Numbered from the stretch's first letter, positions 21,985 to 33,390 are shown. The stretch is 41,841 bases of DNA from Octopus sinensis (GCF_006345805.1 NW_021835210.1:1-41841), one strand, 5' to 3'. Translations and numbers: made by a program. The notes: a model not told the origin generated them from the letters alone.

Positions 21985-23490
21985 TCGATAGTTTCATGGG
22001 AACTTCTACTGGTGCAGCTCCCTGTTCCTGATGTGTATGTTACATCGTGCACTTATTTTTGTGGGGAGAGGGAAGAATATAGAGTTCTTATTTTTGCATA
22101 ATGCATCAGTTTGTTTTGTTATTGGTTTTGATTTATCGTTTCTTGTTATATTGGTATATATTCTGTTATGCATGGTGTGTTACGTAATGTGAGATGTGCT
22201 GTTTTATTGTGTATTAATCTTGTAGAGTATATGATGCGCAAATTCTATGTGTTTTATTTGTGCTATAGTATGGAATCGATAGAATATTGCACAGGTGAGC
22301 TTTTCTTGGCCCTGTTATTTTTTGGAGTGCTTAGTGTTGTGAGCGCTGGTGTGGTATGGTTTCATTATATTTTAATCATACCAAAGTTTCATTTACTATT
22401 GGTAGTGCTTTCATTCTCATGCCGCATTTCTTGAATATTTCAATTTCAATGCTTTTGTATTTTGATACTTTTTCAACTGCTTTCAGGGCAATATTTTCGT
22501 TAGAAGGGATTTCGATGTCTGTCATTGTACATGTATTTATTTTCTAGACATCTATCATTTCTGGACTGTTTGCCCTCATCTCTTTGTCAGTTATGATAGA
22601 AATATTCCAGATTATTGTAGCCAGATCGTTGTCATGTACCATGTTTGATGCATGTTTGTACCATTTCTTGTTTGTTTTCCCCAAGAGATAGAGCTGTGGA
22701 GGCACATGGCCTACTGGTTAGAGCAGCGGACTCGCGGTCGAGGGATCGCGAGTTCGAATCTCAGACCGGGCGATGAGTGTGTTTATGAGCGAAACACCTA
22801 AGCTCCACGCGGCTCCCGCAGAAGGTAATGGCGAACTTTTGCTGACTCTTTCGCCACAACTTTCTCTCACTCATTCCTCCTGCATCTTGCAGCTCACCTG
22901 CAACGGACCGGCGTCCCGTCCAGGTGGGGAACCTATACGCCACGGAAATCGGGAAACCGGCCCTTATGAGTCAGGCATGGCTCGAGAAGGAACAAACAAA
23001 AAAAGAGATAGAGCTGCAGACTTAATCTATACACTCAGATTTGGTAAGAACTGGGCAACCGGAGATGATGCCAACATCCTCATTGCGCTGGTTGCACATT
23101 CTGCATTTGGTGTAAAGATCCATTTTCATTATTTTATTCATATAATTGTTTGTAACTAGACATTGATGTTGTGAAGCGAGATTCAGTCCAACCCCGTTTT
23201 TGCTTTCAGACAAGCACTTTTGATCATCTGTTGACTTTCACTTTGGCTTATTTCTACTAAAGGGCATTGACCGTGCAGAGGTTGTCTCTGTAGCCATTTC
23301 ATGCTGTATTGTTATCTAAATTTGTCTCAACGTAACCTGTTTCTGATTTGAACTTTATCGCTCTTTTGTGTAAAGCAAAAAGATTTTTGGCAAAATCTTT
23401 AGAGCGTCGGAAAAAATACCTTACTGTATGTTTCTGACTTTGTACATTCTGAGTTCTAATCCAGTCAGCTTTAGCATTCATTCCTCCAGT
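21985..23490 (-). mobile_element. R4/Dong-like RLE non-LTR retrotransposon, 3' portion, degenerate
   Basis: Minus strand reads LHGQ, ASQHQCLVTNNY..KCRMCNQ...IISGCPVLTKSE (CCHC knuckle), then RLE-like DIEIPSNENIALKAVEKVSKYKSIEIEI. The 3' end abuts (AAT)n at 21931-21984. Confidence 0.8.
22698..23002 (+). mobile_element. SINE with family-T-like head and a different 3' half, nested in the Dong relic
   Basis: 14-bp TSD AAGAGATAGAGCTG at 22683-22696 and 23003-23016. Canonical B-box GAGTTCGAATCTC and an A-rich tail. Confidence 0.88.
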
Positions 23491-23562
23491 CAGATGCTAG
23501 GCTGATGTTACCGATTAAGACCCCACCCTCCAAATTGCTGGCTTTATACCAGAGATTTAAAG

Positions 23563-23985
23563 CGGCGACCTGGCAGAATCATTTGTTGTGTCGGTCAGAA
23601 TGCTTAGCAGTATTTCTTCCGACTTTTTACGTTCTGAGTTCGAATACCGTCAAGGTCAACTTTGCCTTTCATTCTTTCGAGATTAAAATAAAATACTTGT
23701 CAAATACTTGGTTGAAATAATCACTTAAAATTGCTGGCCTTATGCCAAAATTAGAAAGAATATTAAAGGCAACCAACTGGCAGAATTGTTACCGCGCCGG
23801 ACAAAATGCTAAGCGATGTCTCTTCCGGCTTTATGTTTTGAGTTCAAATTCTACCGAGGTCAATTTGCTTTCATCTTTTCGGAGTCAATGAAATAATTAC
23901 AAGTCAAGCGCTGGGAACAGTCTAATCAACAAGACCCCCTCCCCACCCCAAATATCAGACAGACTTTGTACTTATAGTTGAAGGA
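23563..23985 (+). mobile_element. Two old head-to-tail SINE family M copies
   Basis: Heads at ~23563 and ~23767, both diverged. Confidence 0.7.
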
Positions 23986-24525
23986 ATTATTACTATTGTT
24001 ATAATTGCTGGTCGTAGAACAAAGCTAAATTGGATAAATTTGTGAGTTCGCGGCTTAACAGAATTAAGACCACACGCATGGACGATTGTCATGCAAATAA
24101 TATCCTGGTTAAATTACATAACGGCTGATTTAGTTCTAAACTCAAGCTATAGAAGAACTTTAATAAGGTAACTGGCACGAAACTCCCCTCATCTAGAAAC
24201 AGTCCGTCATAACGCTGTACCTGAAAACTAGAGCGGAAGTAACCACTCCGGCGTTGCAATACTTTAGACGGGAGTGCTTACCCATAGGAATATTAAAGTA
24301 AATTCAATTTAGCTATTCCAGAGGCGTATGCGGTTCCCCCCACCATCACCAATGTATTAGTCTAGAGAGAGGAAAGGACATTTTTTGGCTATTAGCAACA
24401 GAAGGGTAATGCTCCGATACTCGTGGAAGAAAACTAGAAAGTTCCGAATGCTTGCAGAATAAACTCCGCAAAAGGCATTCAATGACATATGTGTTGGTGT
24501 TCAATCGGTTGACGAATTCAATCTA

Positions 24526-24736
24526 CAGGGTGGGGCAGAAATACCTCTCACATTTGAAAGGTTGACAAAAGGAAAAAGAAACAAAATTTATGAAAAATTA
24601 ATTTTACTTATGTTTAAACAAAGAGTTACAGTTTTTGCTCATTACCTAAATGAAAACATCATTGGCACTTGCATCAGTTCATTAGCAATAAACAGGTGAT
24701 TGTTTAAAATGTGGGAGGTATTTCTGCCGCACCCTG
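24526..24736. mobile_element. Tc1/mariner-type MITE (211 bp)
   Basis: 30-bp TIR CAGGGTG(G/C)GGCAGAAATACCTC(T/C)CACATTT with TA on both sides. Confidence 0.85.
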
Positions 24737-24834
24737 TATAAACGCAAGACCTCAAAACAAAACGATCTTTTGAAAGCCCAACCTTGATTGGTGAAATAGT
24801 TTTGGTTGATGATTATAATTTTAATAAAATTTAA

Positions 24835-25064
24835 GGCTGCGAGCTGGCAGAAACGTTAGCGCGCCGGGCGAATTGCGTAGCCGTATTTCGTCTGCCGTTA
24901 CGTTCTGAGTTCAAATTCCGCTGAGGTCGACTTTGCCTTTCATCTTTTCGGGGTCGATAAATAAAGTACCAGTTTCGCACTGGGGTCGATATAATCGACT
25001 TAATCCGTTTGTCTGTCCATGTTTGTCCCCTCTATGTTTAGCCCCTTGTGGGCAATAAAGAAAT
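24835..25064 (+). mobile_element. SINE family M, tail A
   Basis: Full-length match. Confidence 0.88.
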
Positions 25065-25863
25065 ATATAATTTTAATTAAAAAAAATTTTTTTAACAATA
25101 GATGTAGGTGTGGCTGTGTAGTTAAAAAGCTTGCTTCACAACCATGTGGTCTTGGGTTCAGTCATGGGTTTGTGTGTGCGTGTGTGTGTGTGTTGCCAAA
25201 AATGTACAACTCTGAAATGAATACGTATGAGAACATTAATACATTTTTTTAGCTTCAGTTCGGAATAATCTAATATTTTATTTATATATGTGCACACACA
25301 CAAATACACCCACACAGACGTCCCGACAATAGTTCTGTTCTTTTCTTTAATTGCATGTCAGTTTTGGAAAATCCTTGATTCTTGAAATTGTCTCCCCTCC
25401 TATAACATCCTCAAAAACCTAAGATATATAGTATTTGATATATCTCTATTTGTCTGTCGTTCAAATATATTCCACTGATCATTCTACGTCATTTCTCTCA
25501 GCTTGATTTTGTTTAAATTATGCTAATTAGCATGGCCATAAATGTGTTCAAGACGTTTTGTATAAGCCGAAGTCCATTAACCGTCAGATATAAGTTTCGA
25601 ATGTTACAGTGTTGATTATGGCTATGGACCCAGAAACACGTGTCGATGAATGTTCTCTTATCTCCAGATAACCCAGTCGTTTTCCTTAATAGTATGTCAA
25701 TTTTGGAGAATTGTTGATACTTGAGATAACCTATCCCTTCTGTGACACCCGGTAATTGAAACACATCCTCTAGAGCCGGAGATGATTTCAATAAATCGTG
25801 AATGTATGTTGTATATTTCATGTGTATATATATATATATATAATATATATATATATTAAATAT

Positions 25864-26247
25864 ATAGGAGTGGCTGTGTGGTAAGTAGCTTGCTAACCAA
25901 CCACATGGTTCCGGGTTCAGTCCTACTGCGAGGCACCTTGGGCGAGTGTCTTCTACTATAGCCTTGTGAGTGGATTCGGTAGATGGAAACTGAAAGAAGC
26001 CCATCGTATATATATATATGTACGTGTGTGTGTGTTTGTGTGTCCGTGTTTGTCCCCCCCCCCACCATCGCTTGACAACCGATGCTGGTGTGTTTACGTC
26101 CCCGCAACTTAGCGGTTCGGCAAAAGAGACCGATAGAATAAGTACTAGGCTTACAAAGAATAAGTCCTGGGGTCGATTTACTCGACTAAAGGCGGTGCTC
26201 CAGCATGGCCGCAGTTAAATGACTGAAACAAGTAAAAGCATAAAAGA
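25864..26247 (+). mobile_element. SINE family C with a small internal deletion
   Basis: Head, CORE segment and 3' module present. The segment between the two AGCC motifs is deleted. Confidence 0.85.
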
Positions 26248-26304
26248 ATACACACACACACACACGCACACACACACACACGCACACACACACACACACA
26301 CATA

Positions 26305-26530
26305 TGTCTCCAGTATCAAAAGCATGCTGCTGCGATTTCAGTGCAGATATGCACGGCGTGTTGTTCGAATGAAAAATGACAGCATTCCGAAAAGTCTTTT
26401 GTTCGGCCGGCAGGTAGAGGATACCGGGGTAGAGGAAGAAACGTTGTTTGGTATAAGTATCAGTTGAAATAATTACTAAAGCCTCTACAGTTTCATTTGA
26501 CATCTTGGGAAAGTCATCGCCTAAATCGAT
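26305..26530 (+). pseudogene. RTE-type LINE C-terminal relic
   Basis: SIKSMLLRFQCRYARRVVRMKNDSIPKSLLFG (cf. QLRWAGHVVRM...PK.LLFG). Confidence 0.7.
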
Positions 26531-26582
26531 TTGTATGGCATAAATTTGAATTGAAGAAACAGAACAATAAAAGAATTATATA

Positions 26583-26645
<63 letters not shown>

Positions 26646-26700
26646 ATAAAATTTTTTCAAAAATAATTTTATCAATGACCAGAATATTAAAAGGTTAAAT

Positions 26701-26823
26701 TATAAACAACTTATAAATAAGGGCAAACGAAAAACGTACTGGGAAAAGAGAAATTATATGTCCAATTTTCGGCATATTTGGCATTAGAAATTTTTTCGGT
26801 TGCCCTTATTTTATAAGTTGTTT

Positions 26824-26826
<3 letters not shown>
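26701..26826. repeat. 34-bp-arm hairpin between (TA)n and (GATA)n
   Basis: 26701-26734 matches the reverse complement of 26792-26826 with 1 indel and 1 mismatch. Confidence 0.7.
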
Positions 26827-26894
<68 letters not shown>

Positions 26895-26921
26895 TTGCTT
26901 TTAGTTCAACCGGATATAAAA

Positions 26922-27022
26922 AACTTGTTTGAAGCTCCGCTGAAGCTATAGGGTGAGACTCAAACACTCATCTATGAGTGCAGTGCATCCTATAGCAGAA
27001 ACAGCTGTAAGCTAATGAAGTT
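26922..27022 (+). ncRNA. Minimal type I hammerhead fold with extended stem II (core variant CCGCTGA)
   Basis: AGCT-CCGCTGA-A-GCTATAGG[36 nt incl. CACTCA/TGAGTG hairpin]CCTATAGC-A-GAAA-CAGCTG-TA/AGCT. Stem III is the palindrome ACAGCTGT, and the GUA site is at 27009. A6 is substituted. Confidence 0.55.
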
Positions 27023-27352
27023 CATAAAATAATTGTGTATTCTTTTGTCAGCTCAAATCTTTTATATATGATTTCTTACACACACACACGCATACACACA
27101 CACACATCGAGTTGTAATAAATGAAAATTTTTTAACATTAAACGGAAAGATTACTTCATACAGTTCGTAGAATGCGTGTTATGCATATTCATGATACATT
27201 TACTAGAACAGAGTGATGACAGTGATTTCGAAGTCTCGACCAGCAAGCCTAAGAATGTAACTCCTCGCGTTGTGTGTAGCTGTGTTGTTCCTTTGTAGTC
27301 AATTCTTTAATGCTCTATTGGCAAATATAGAAACCATTATTATTAAGGCGGT

Positions 27353-27809
27353 TGAGGCGGCGAGCTGGCAGAAAGGTTAGCACGCCGGGCGAAATGCGTA
27401 GCCGTATTTCGTCTGCCATTACGTTCTGAGTTCAAATTCCGCCGAGGTCGACTTTGCCTTTTATCCTTTCGGGGTCGATAAATTAAGTACCAGTTACGCT
27501 CTGGAGTCGATATTATCGACTTAATCCCTTTGTCTGTCCTTGTTTGTCCCCTCTATGTTTAGCCCCCTTGTGGGCAGTAAAGAAATGTATTATTAAGGCG
27601 GTGAGCTGGCAGAATCGCTAGCTCGCTGGACGAAATACTTAGCAATATTTTGCCCGTTTTTACGTTCTGAGATCAAATTCTGCCGAGGTTCAGTTTGCTT
27701 TTCATCCTTTCGGGGTCAATAAATTAAGCGCCAGTTACACACTGGTGTCGATGTAATCGACTGGTCCCCTCCCCCAAAATTTCAGTCCTTGTGTCTATAG
27801 TAGAAAGGA

Positions 27810-27853
<44 letters not shown>

Positions 27854-28228
27854 GAAGGCGGTGAGTTGGCAGAATTGTTAGCACACCGGGTAAAATGCTG
27901 AGTAGCATTTCCTTCGTCCTTACGTTCTGAGTTCAAATTCCGACGAGGTCCACTTTGCCTTTCATCCTTTCGGATTCGATAAATTATATATCAGTTAAGT
28001 ACAGGGGTCGATGTAATCGACTACCCCCTCCCCCAAAGCTTCAGGCCTTGTGTTTTAAGTAGAAAGGATTATTATTATTACACGTTCTAAGTTCAAATTC
28101 CGTCAAAGTCGACTTTGCCTTTCATCCTTTCGGAGTCGATAAATTAAGTACCAGTTATGCACTGAGGTCGATGTAATCGACTAGTCCCCTTCCCCATATT
28201 TCAGGCCTTGTACCTATAGTAAAAAGGA
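27353..28228 (+). mobile_element. Stack of four SINE family M copies (one tail A, three tail B)
   Basis: Copies at ~27353-27587, 27596-27810, 27856-28070 and 28080-28228. The first has a 15-bp TSD TATTATTAAGGCGGT at 27338-27352 and 27588-27602. Confidence 0.85.
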
Positions 28229-28264
28229 TTATTATTATTATTGTTGTTATTATTATCACTATCA

Positions 28265-28343
<79 letters not shown>

Positions 28344-28359
28344 GTTATTATTATCACTA

Positions 28360-28415
<56 letters not shown>

Positions 28416-28419
28416 ATCA

Positions 28420-28457
<38 letters not shown>

Positions 28458-28530
28458 TAGTTTTATTTTTTTTAGCGTGCTTTCACTTCACTACCGAGCG
28501 CAGCTCTGTGTGCCTTGGGTATGTGCTGTG

Positions 28531-28595
<65 letters not shown>

Positions 28596-28654
28596 TATTA
28601 TTATTATTATTATTATTATTATCATTATTATTATTATTATTACTATTATTATTA

Positions 28655-28735
<81 letters not shown>
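28229..28735. repeat. Long (ATT)n array with a 77-bp insert at 28455-28531
   Basis: Seen directly. The insert resembles a Dong-like 3' tip on the minus strand. Confidence 0.9.
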
Positions 28736-28736
<1 letters not shown>

Positions 28737-28910
28737 AACAGGAGGAGTTACCTCAATCCTTTCTATATGAACCAAAATGAAGTAGACTGACAAATTTATT
28801 TTTTGAAGCAGTTGAAGACACATAAGATGTCGAAATATCGTTCACTAGATAACAATCGCACTCTCCTTTTAATTTTGACTTTATATCTTCAGGAGGAGTT
28901 ACCTCAATCC

Positions 28911-30381
28911 CAGAAATGGGCCGAGGGAAAGGTATGCCCAAAAGGTCGGGAAGAGGTGGCTAAGACGTATATCACGTCCGTCATCTACTATCGCTTGACC
29001 GTCATGCCTTGTCCCGGCCACCCTCTGATTACGCTGGAGCGGGTACTCTTCCGCTTCTTGTGGAAGGGACGCGTCCCGATGGTCAGGCAATTTATCTACT
29101 GTGAACGCCCGCTGAGTGGTGGCCTAGGCATGCCGTGGTTGATGATGCGCATTTAGCGCGCCGGGCGAAATGCGTAGCCGTATTTCGTCTGCCGTTACGT
29201 TCTGAGTTCAAATTCCGCCGAGGTCGACTTTGCCTGTCATCGTTTCGGGGTCGATAAATTAAGTACCAGTTACGCACTGGAGGTCGATATAATCGACTTA
29301 ATCCGTGTGTCTGTCCTTGTTTGTCCCCTTTGTGTTTAGCCCCTTGTGGGTAATAAAGACATAGGTTGATGATGCGTAGACATGTGCTGAAGTTACGACA
29401 TCTCCAGTGCTTCCTTGACGGTGAATAGGTGTGGTCGCCGTTCACCAGACACGTATTTCCGCAGCTAGTTTCTTTAACGGAGCAGCAGTCCTGGGTAAAA
29501 CAAAGACCGAGGGGGAGCATTTGGAAAGTAGAAGGTTTTCAAGCCCTCACAACCTTCAGCCAATCAGACACTGCGATAGGTGGAACGTATACTTTAGTGT
29601 TTTAAAAATGATTAATGGAGAAAAATGCAACGACGTGCTTGGGCGGTGACTTTTCTCTCTTTGACCAAGAGAACTTTCGGCCCGGGACCAATGGATAATT
29701 TCTAACAATCTCTGGCCTAGCAGTACTATCGAGGAGCTTTGCCTGTTCGAGATAAGCTTTACAGGCACGGAAGTGCCGTCAGCCGAGCATGTCCGAGATG
29801 CAAGCAGGATGAAGAGACGGTCCTGCATGCACTCGTCCAGTGCCCGAGCATTGCTGTGGTTCTATGTCGAACGCTTGCTGTCGCGTGTGAGATGAATCCG
29901 GCTGTCAACTGAATCCATCGTGAAAATCGCTCCGCCGCCTTCCTATAACCGTGAAGGAAAGGCTATGTTTATATGCCTGGTGGCCATGGCGAAAGAGGTT
30001 GTATGTTGGACGAGATCGAAGGGGCTGAAGACAAACATTTCTCTCTTTGACCAATCCCGGATCAACTTCTTCAATTTTCACTTGAAAAGAAAAATAAGGG
30101 TTGTTTTCAAGCCAGTTTGCTGAAATGTGGAGGAAAGTGGCGAGAATGGTGCGAGTGAACGGGTCTTCCCTGAGCATACGCCTGTAGTTGGAAAAAAAGG
30201 AAAGAAAAGGCGCGTGCCCGAAAAGTCAAGTTACACAGTTTTTATGGGTTTTTTTTCCATGAACAGTCCTCGAACGCCTCCTCCTTATTGAGGATTATAC
30301 ATTGTTTTTGTTTCTTTATATAATTTTCTTAATCTTGTTTAATCACAACAACGCACACTTACACACACACACATACACACA

Positions 30382-30417
<36 letters not shown>

Positions 30418-30490
30418 TCTTTGTTTTGTTTTGTCTTGTACGCTCCATAATGTTTTTCATAATGTAAACCTTTGTGGTTACTAAAGAAAT
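28911..30490 (+). mobile_element. 5'-truncated L1/Tx1-type LINE (post-RT region, zinc knuckle, 3' UTR)
   Basis: LERVLFRFLWKGRVPMV...P..GGLGMPWL; GALPVRDKLYRHG..CPRCKQDEETVLHALVQC (CCHC, ~29790-29846). Ends CCTTTGTGGTTACTAAAGAAAT, followed by (ATT)n. Confidence 0.8.
29150..29363 (+). mobile_element. SINE family M tail A, slightly 5'-truncated, nested in the Tx1-like LINE
   Basis: 13-bp TSD GGTTGATGATGCG at 29137-29149 and 29364-29376. Confidence 0.9.
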
Positions 30491-30529
30491 CATTATTATT
30501 ATTATTATCATTATTATTACTGTATTACT

Positions 30530-32233
30530 ATTACATTTGGTAGTTTCAATCAAATTTCTACTCCACCACTTGCTACTCATCCGTGTTACTGGAGTGTGTG
30601 CAGCATTGAGTGTTCTTTTCTGTTGTTGGGAGTGTGCGACCTTTCTCCAGAAATGTATTGCGCCAGCTTTTCCCTTTGAAGTGTGGTGCAGTCTTTTGTT
30701 GTATTACTGTTTGTATTGTGTTGAATGTGTAATACGTTGGTTATCTAGTTTGCTGGTGGTAGTTTATTTCATTGGATAATTGCTGCATAGTGTGTGTCTT
30801 GTGTTTGTAGGTTATTTTGTCTAGGTTGTATTATTGAATTGATAGTGTCTTGCTTAAGATGTGGGCTGTTCCTAGCAGGGCTACTTTTTGGATAGTGTGT
30901 AGTGTTGAGGATCCAGGTATAGCTTCTACGTCTTTGCTCATATCTTTTTTTTATCATGCCAAGTACTCCAGTTATCACTGGTATTGTTTTCACTTTCATG
31001 CCCCACATCTTGAATACTTCAATTTCGAGGTCTTTGTACTTTGACAAATTTCTCCACTCCTTTTTGAACAATAGTTTGGCTAGAAGGGACTGCAATGCCT
31101 GTCAGTAAGCAGATGATTAGCTTTTACTTCTTTGTCGGTTTGAACAGGCATATCCCAGATGATTGTGGCCTGGTCATTGTCTTGCACTTTGTTTGGCACA
31201 TTTATAGCATTTATTGTCAATTTTTATGTTGTAGTGTTGGTGTATTGTCCCGTGGATATAGCTACTTACTCGGAAGTGTCTGTATATATATTCAGATTTG
31301 GCTAGGTCTGGACAGCCAGAAATGATGTGGTCAACTGTCTGATTGTGCTGGTTGCACATTCTAAATTTGGTGTTAGGGCCTGTTTTTATTATTTTGCTTT
31401 TATAATTGCTTGTAGTCAGACGTTGGTCTTGTGCAGCAAGAATCAGTCCTTCCGTTTCAGCTTTTAGCCCAGAGTTTTTGAGCCATTGTTGGCTTTTACC
31501 TAGGCTCACTTCTCTGTCAAGCCTTGCAGAGTATTGGCCATGAAGTGATTTTTCTCTCCATTTCTTCTTTAGTATGTTTTGTAATTCTGTTTCCATGCGG
31601 GTTTTTTTCTCTTTCAGAGCAGGGTAGATATATTCTGTGTGCATCTGCTTTGGTGTGGTGACTTTGGTATGCTGGTAATAGTTTTCTGGTTTTTCTAAGT
31701 TTCTCAATTCACTGATCTTCCAGTTTATTATCTTGAAGCTGTAATTTATGACTGCTATGGCTAGCGTGTTTATCCCTATTATCTTATTTTTAGCATTAAG
31801 TCCAGTGTTTAATATTAGTCTAACTCTTCTATAATACTCTCTCCTAATTTTTTGTTTCATTTGCAAGGGCGATTGTGCTCTAATTCCCTGAATTTCTGTC
31901 TATGTCGAGTGTAGAGTTTTCAGCGCTGATTAATTTGCATCTTCTCAGTTTGACTCCGATACATTTGTCCAGCCTCATGCTCATTCCGATGTCCTTGTTG
32001 AAACTATGGACAATTTTTAGGTTTCTTTGTTCCATGGTGCTTTGTTCCATTGACCCTGTTGTCGATTATCATACATGTTCTTTTTTTTAATTCACCACAG
32101 CAATGTCCGGTTTCCGATGTCGGATCAGGTGATCGCACTGGATCATTGCATGCCACAGGATTTTGTAGTTCTCACTTTTGGTGACTCCTTCTGGAGTTTC
32201 CTCATACCATTAGGTGGCTCCTTCTGGAGTTTG

Positions 32234-32237
<4 letters not shown>
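30530..32237 (-). mobile_element. R4/Dong-like RLE non-LTR retrotransposon (RT end, CCHC, RLE, 3' UTR) plus a second RLE fragment
   Basis: Minus strand reads FNKDIGMSMRLDKC; KIRREYYRRVRLILNTGLNAKNKIIGINTLA; LHGQY; ETEGLILAAQDQ; MCNQ..TVDHIISGCPDLAKSEY; SKYKDLEIEV..IPVITGVLG. 32075-32237 reads WYEETPEGV..KILW..IQCDHLIRHRKPDI. (AAT)n lies at both ends. Confidence 0.88.
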
Positions 32238-32308
<71 letters not shown>

Positions 32309-32335
32309 TTATTATTATTATTATTTTATTATCAT

Positions 32336-33100
32336 TGAGTGAGAAAGCAGTGCATACCATCAAAGTGACAGTAGGGTAAAATATACGATGCCCAGTATAC
32401 CCATCACGACTACTCGTCTAATAAGGGTACACTAGGCACATGCATCACAACGATATGTGCGTGACATGGTGATCTCATATCAAGATAAACAGCACATGAC
32501 CTTGCAGTTGGGGCCCAGTTAGAATTTTCTTCAGGTCAAGTAACCCATCCCGCTCAAAAGGTCCCTGAATAAGGGTTATTATTATTATTATTGAGTGAGA
32601 GAGCAGTTCATGCCATCAAAGTGACACTGGGGTAAAATATACGAAGCCCAATATACCCATCATGACTACCCGTCTGATAAAGGTACACCAGGCACATGCA
32701 TCACAACCAATGTGCGCGAATGGTGATCTCATATCTAGATAAACAGCACATGACCTTGCAGGTGGGGCCCAGTTAGAATTTTCTTCATTTTGAGTAGCCC
32801 ATCCTGCTCAAACGGTCCCTGAATAAGGGTTGTTTAAGGATGTTGAAAGAACCACCCATGTTTCCAGAGGTGAACTATTCAAACCCCAAAGAATCCCTCT
32901 CAACACATGGCTATGATGCTCCCCCACTACTTCTGCTCGTGATCAGAGATGCACATATCGTCAGCCACTAAGGGACATGCTCAACTGGTTAAGGTCAAAC
33001 AACGACAAGCAAATCTGTGGTATTGAGCAGAATATTTGCTGTAGCCCATCTTTTATACCAAACAAACAATGTACATGATAACACTTCCAATCAGTTATTA

Positions 33101-33161
<61 letters not shown>

Positions 33162-33390
33162 TTATTATTATTATTGAGGGCGGCGAGCTGGTAGAATCGT
33201 TGGCACACCGGGCGAAATGCTTAGTGGTATTCGTCTATCACTACGTTCTGAGTTCAAATTCTACCGAGGTCCATTTTGCTTTTCAATCCTTCCGGAGTTG
33301 ATAAATTAAGTACCTGTTACGCACTGGGGTCGATGTAATCGACTTAACTCCTCCCCCACCAAATTTGGCCTTGTGCCTGTAGTAGGAAGG

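Noticed and set aside
2591-23002. tRNA-like heads as real tRNA genes
   Set aside because: The cloverleafs are imperfect, and each head continues into a SINE body with TSDs.
25513-25830. ~100-codon open stretch on the minus strand in non-repeat DNA
   Set aside because: I recognise no domain, the start lies in a SINE/TA tract, and there are no convincing paired splice sites.
32915-32950. U1 snRNA-like words (TGATCACGA, TAGTGGGGGA) on the minus strand of the TAA-associated element
   Set aside because: There are only two 9-10-nt matches and no U1 5' end or stems, which is compatible with chance.
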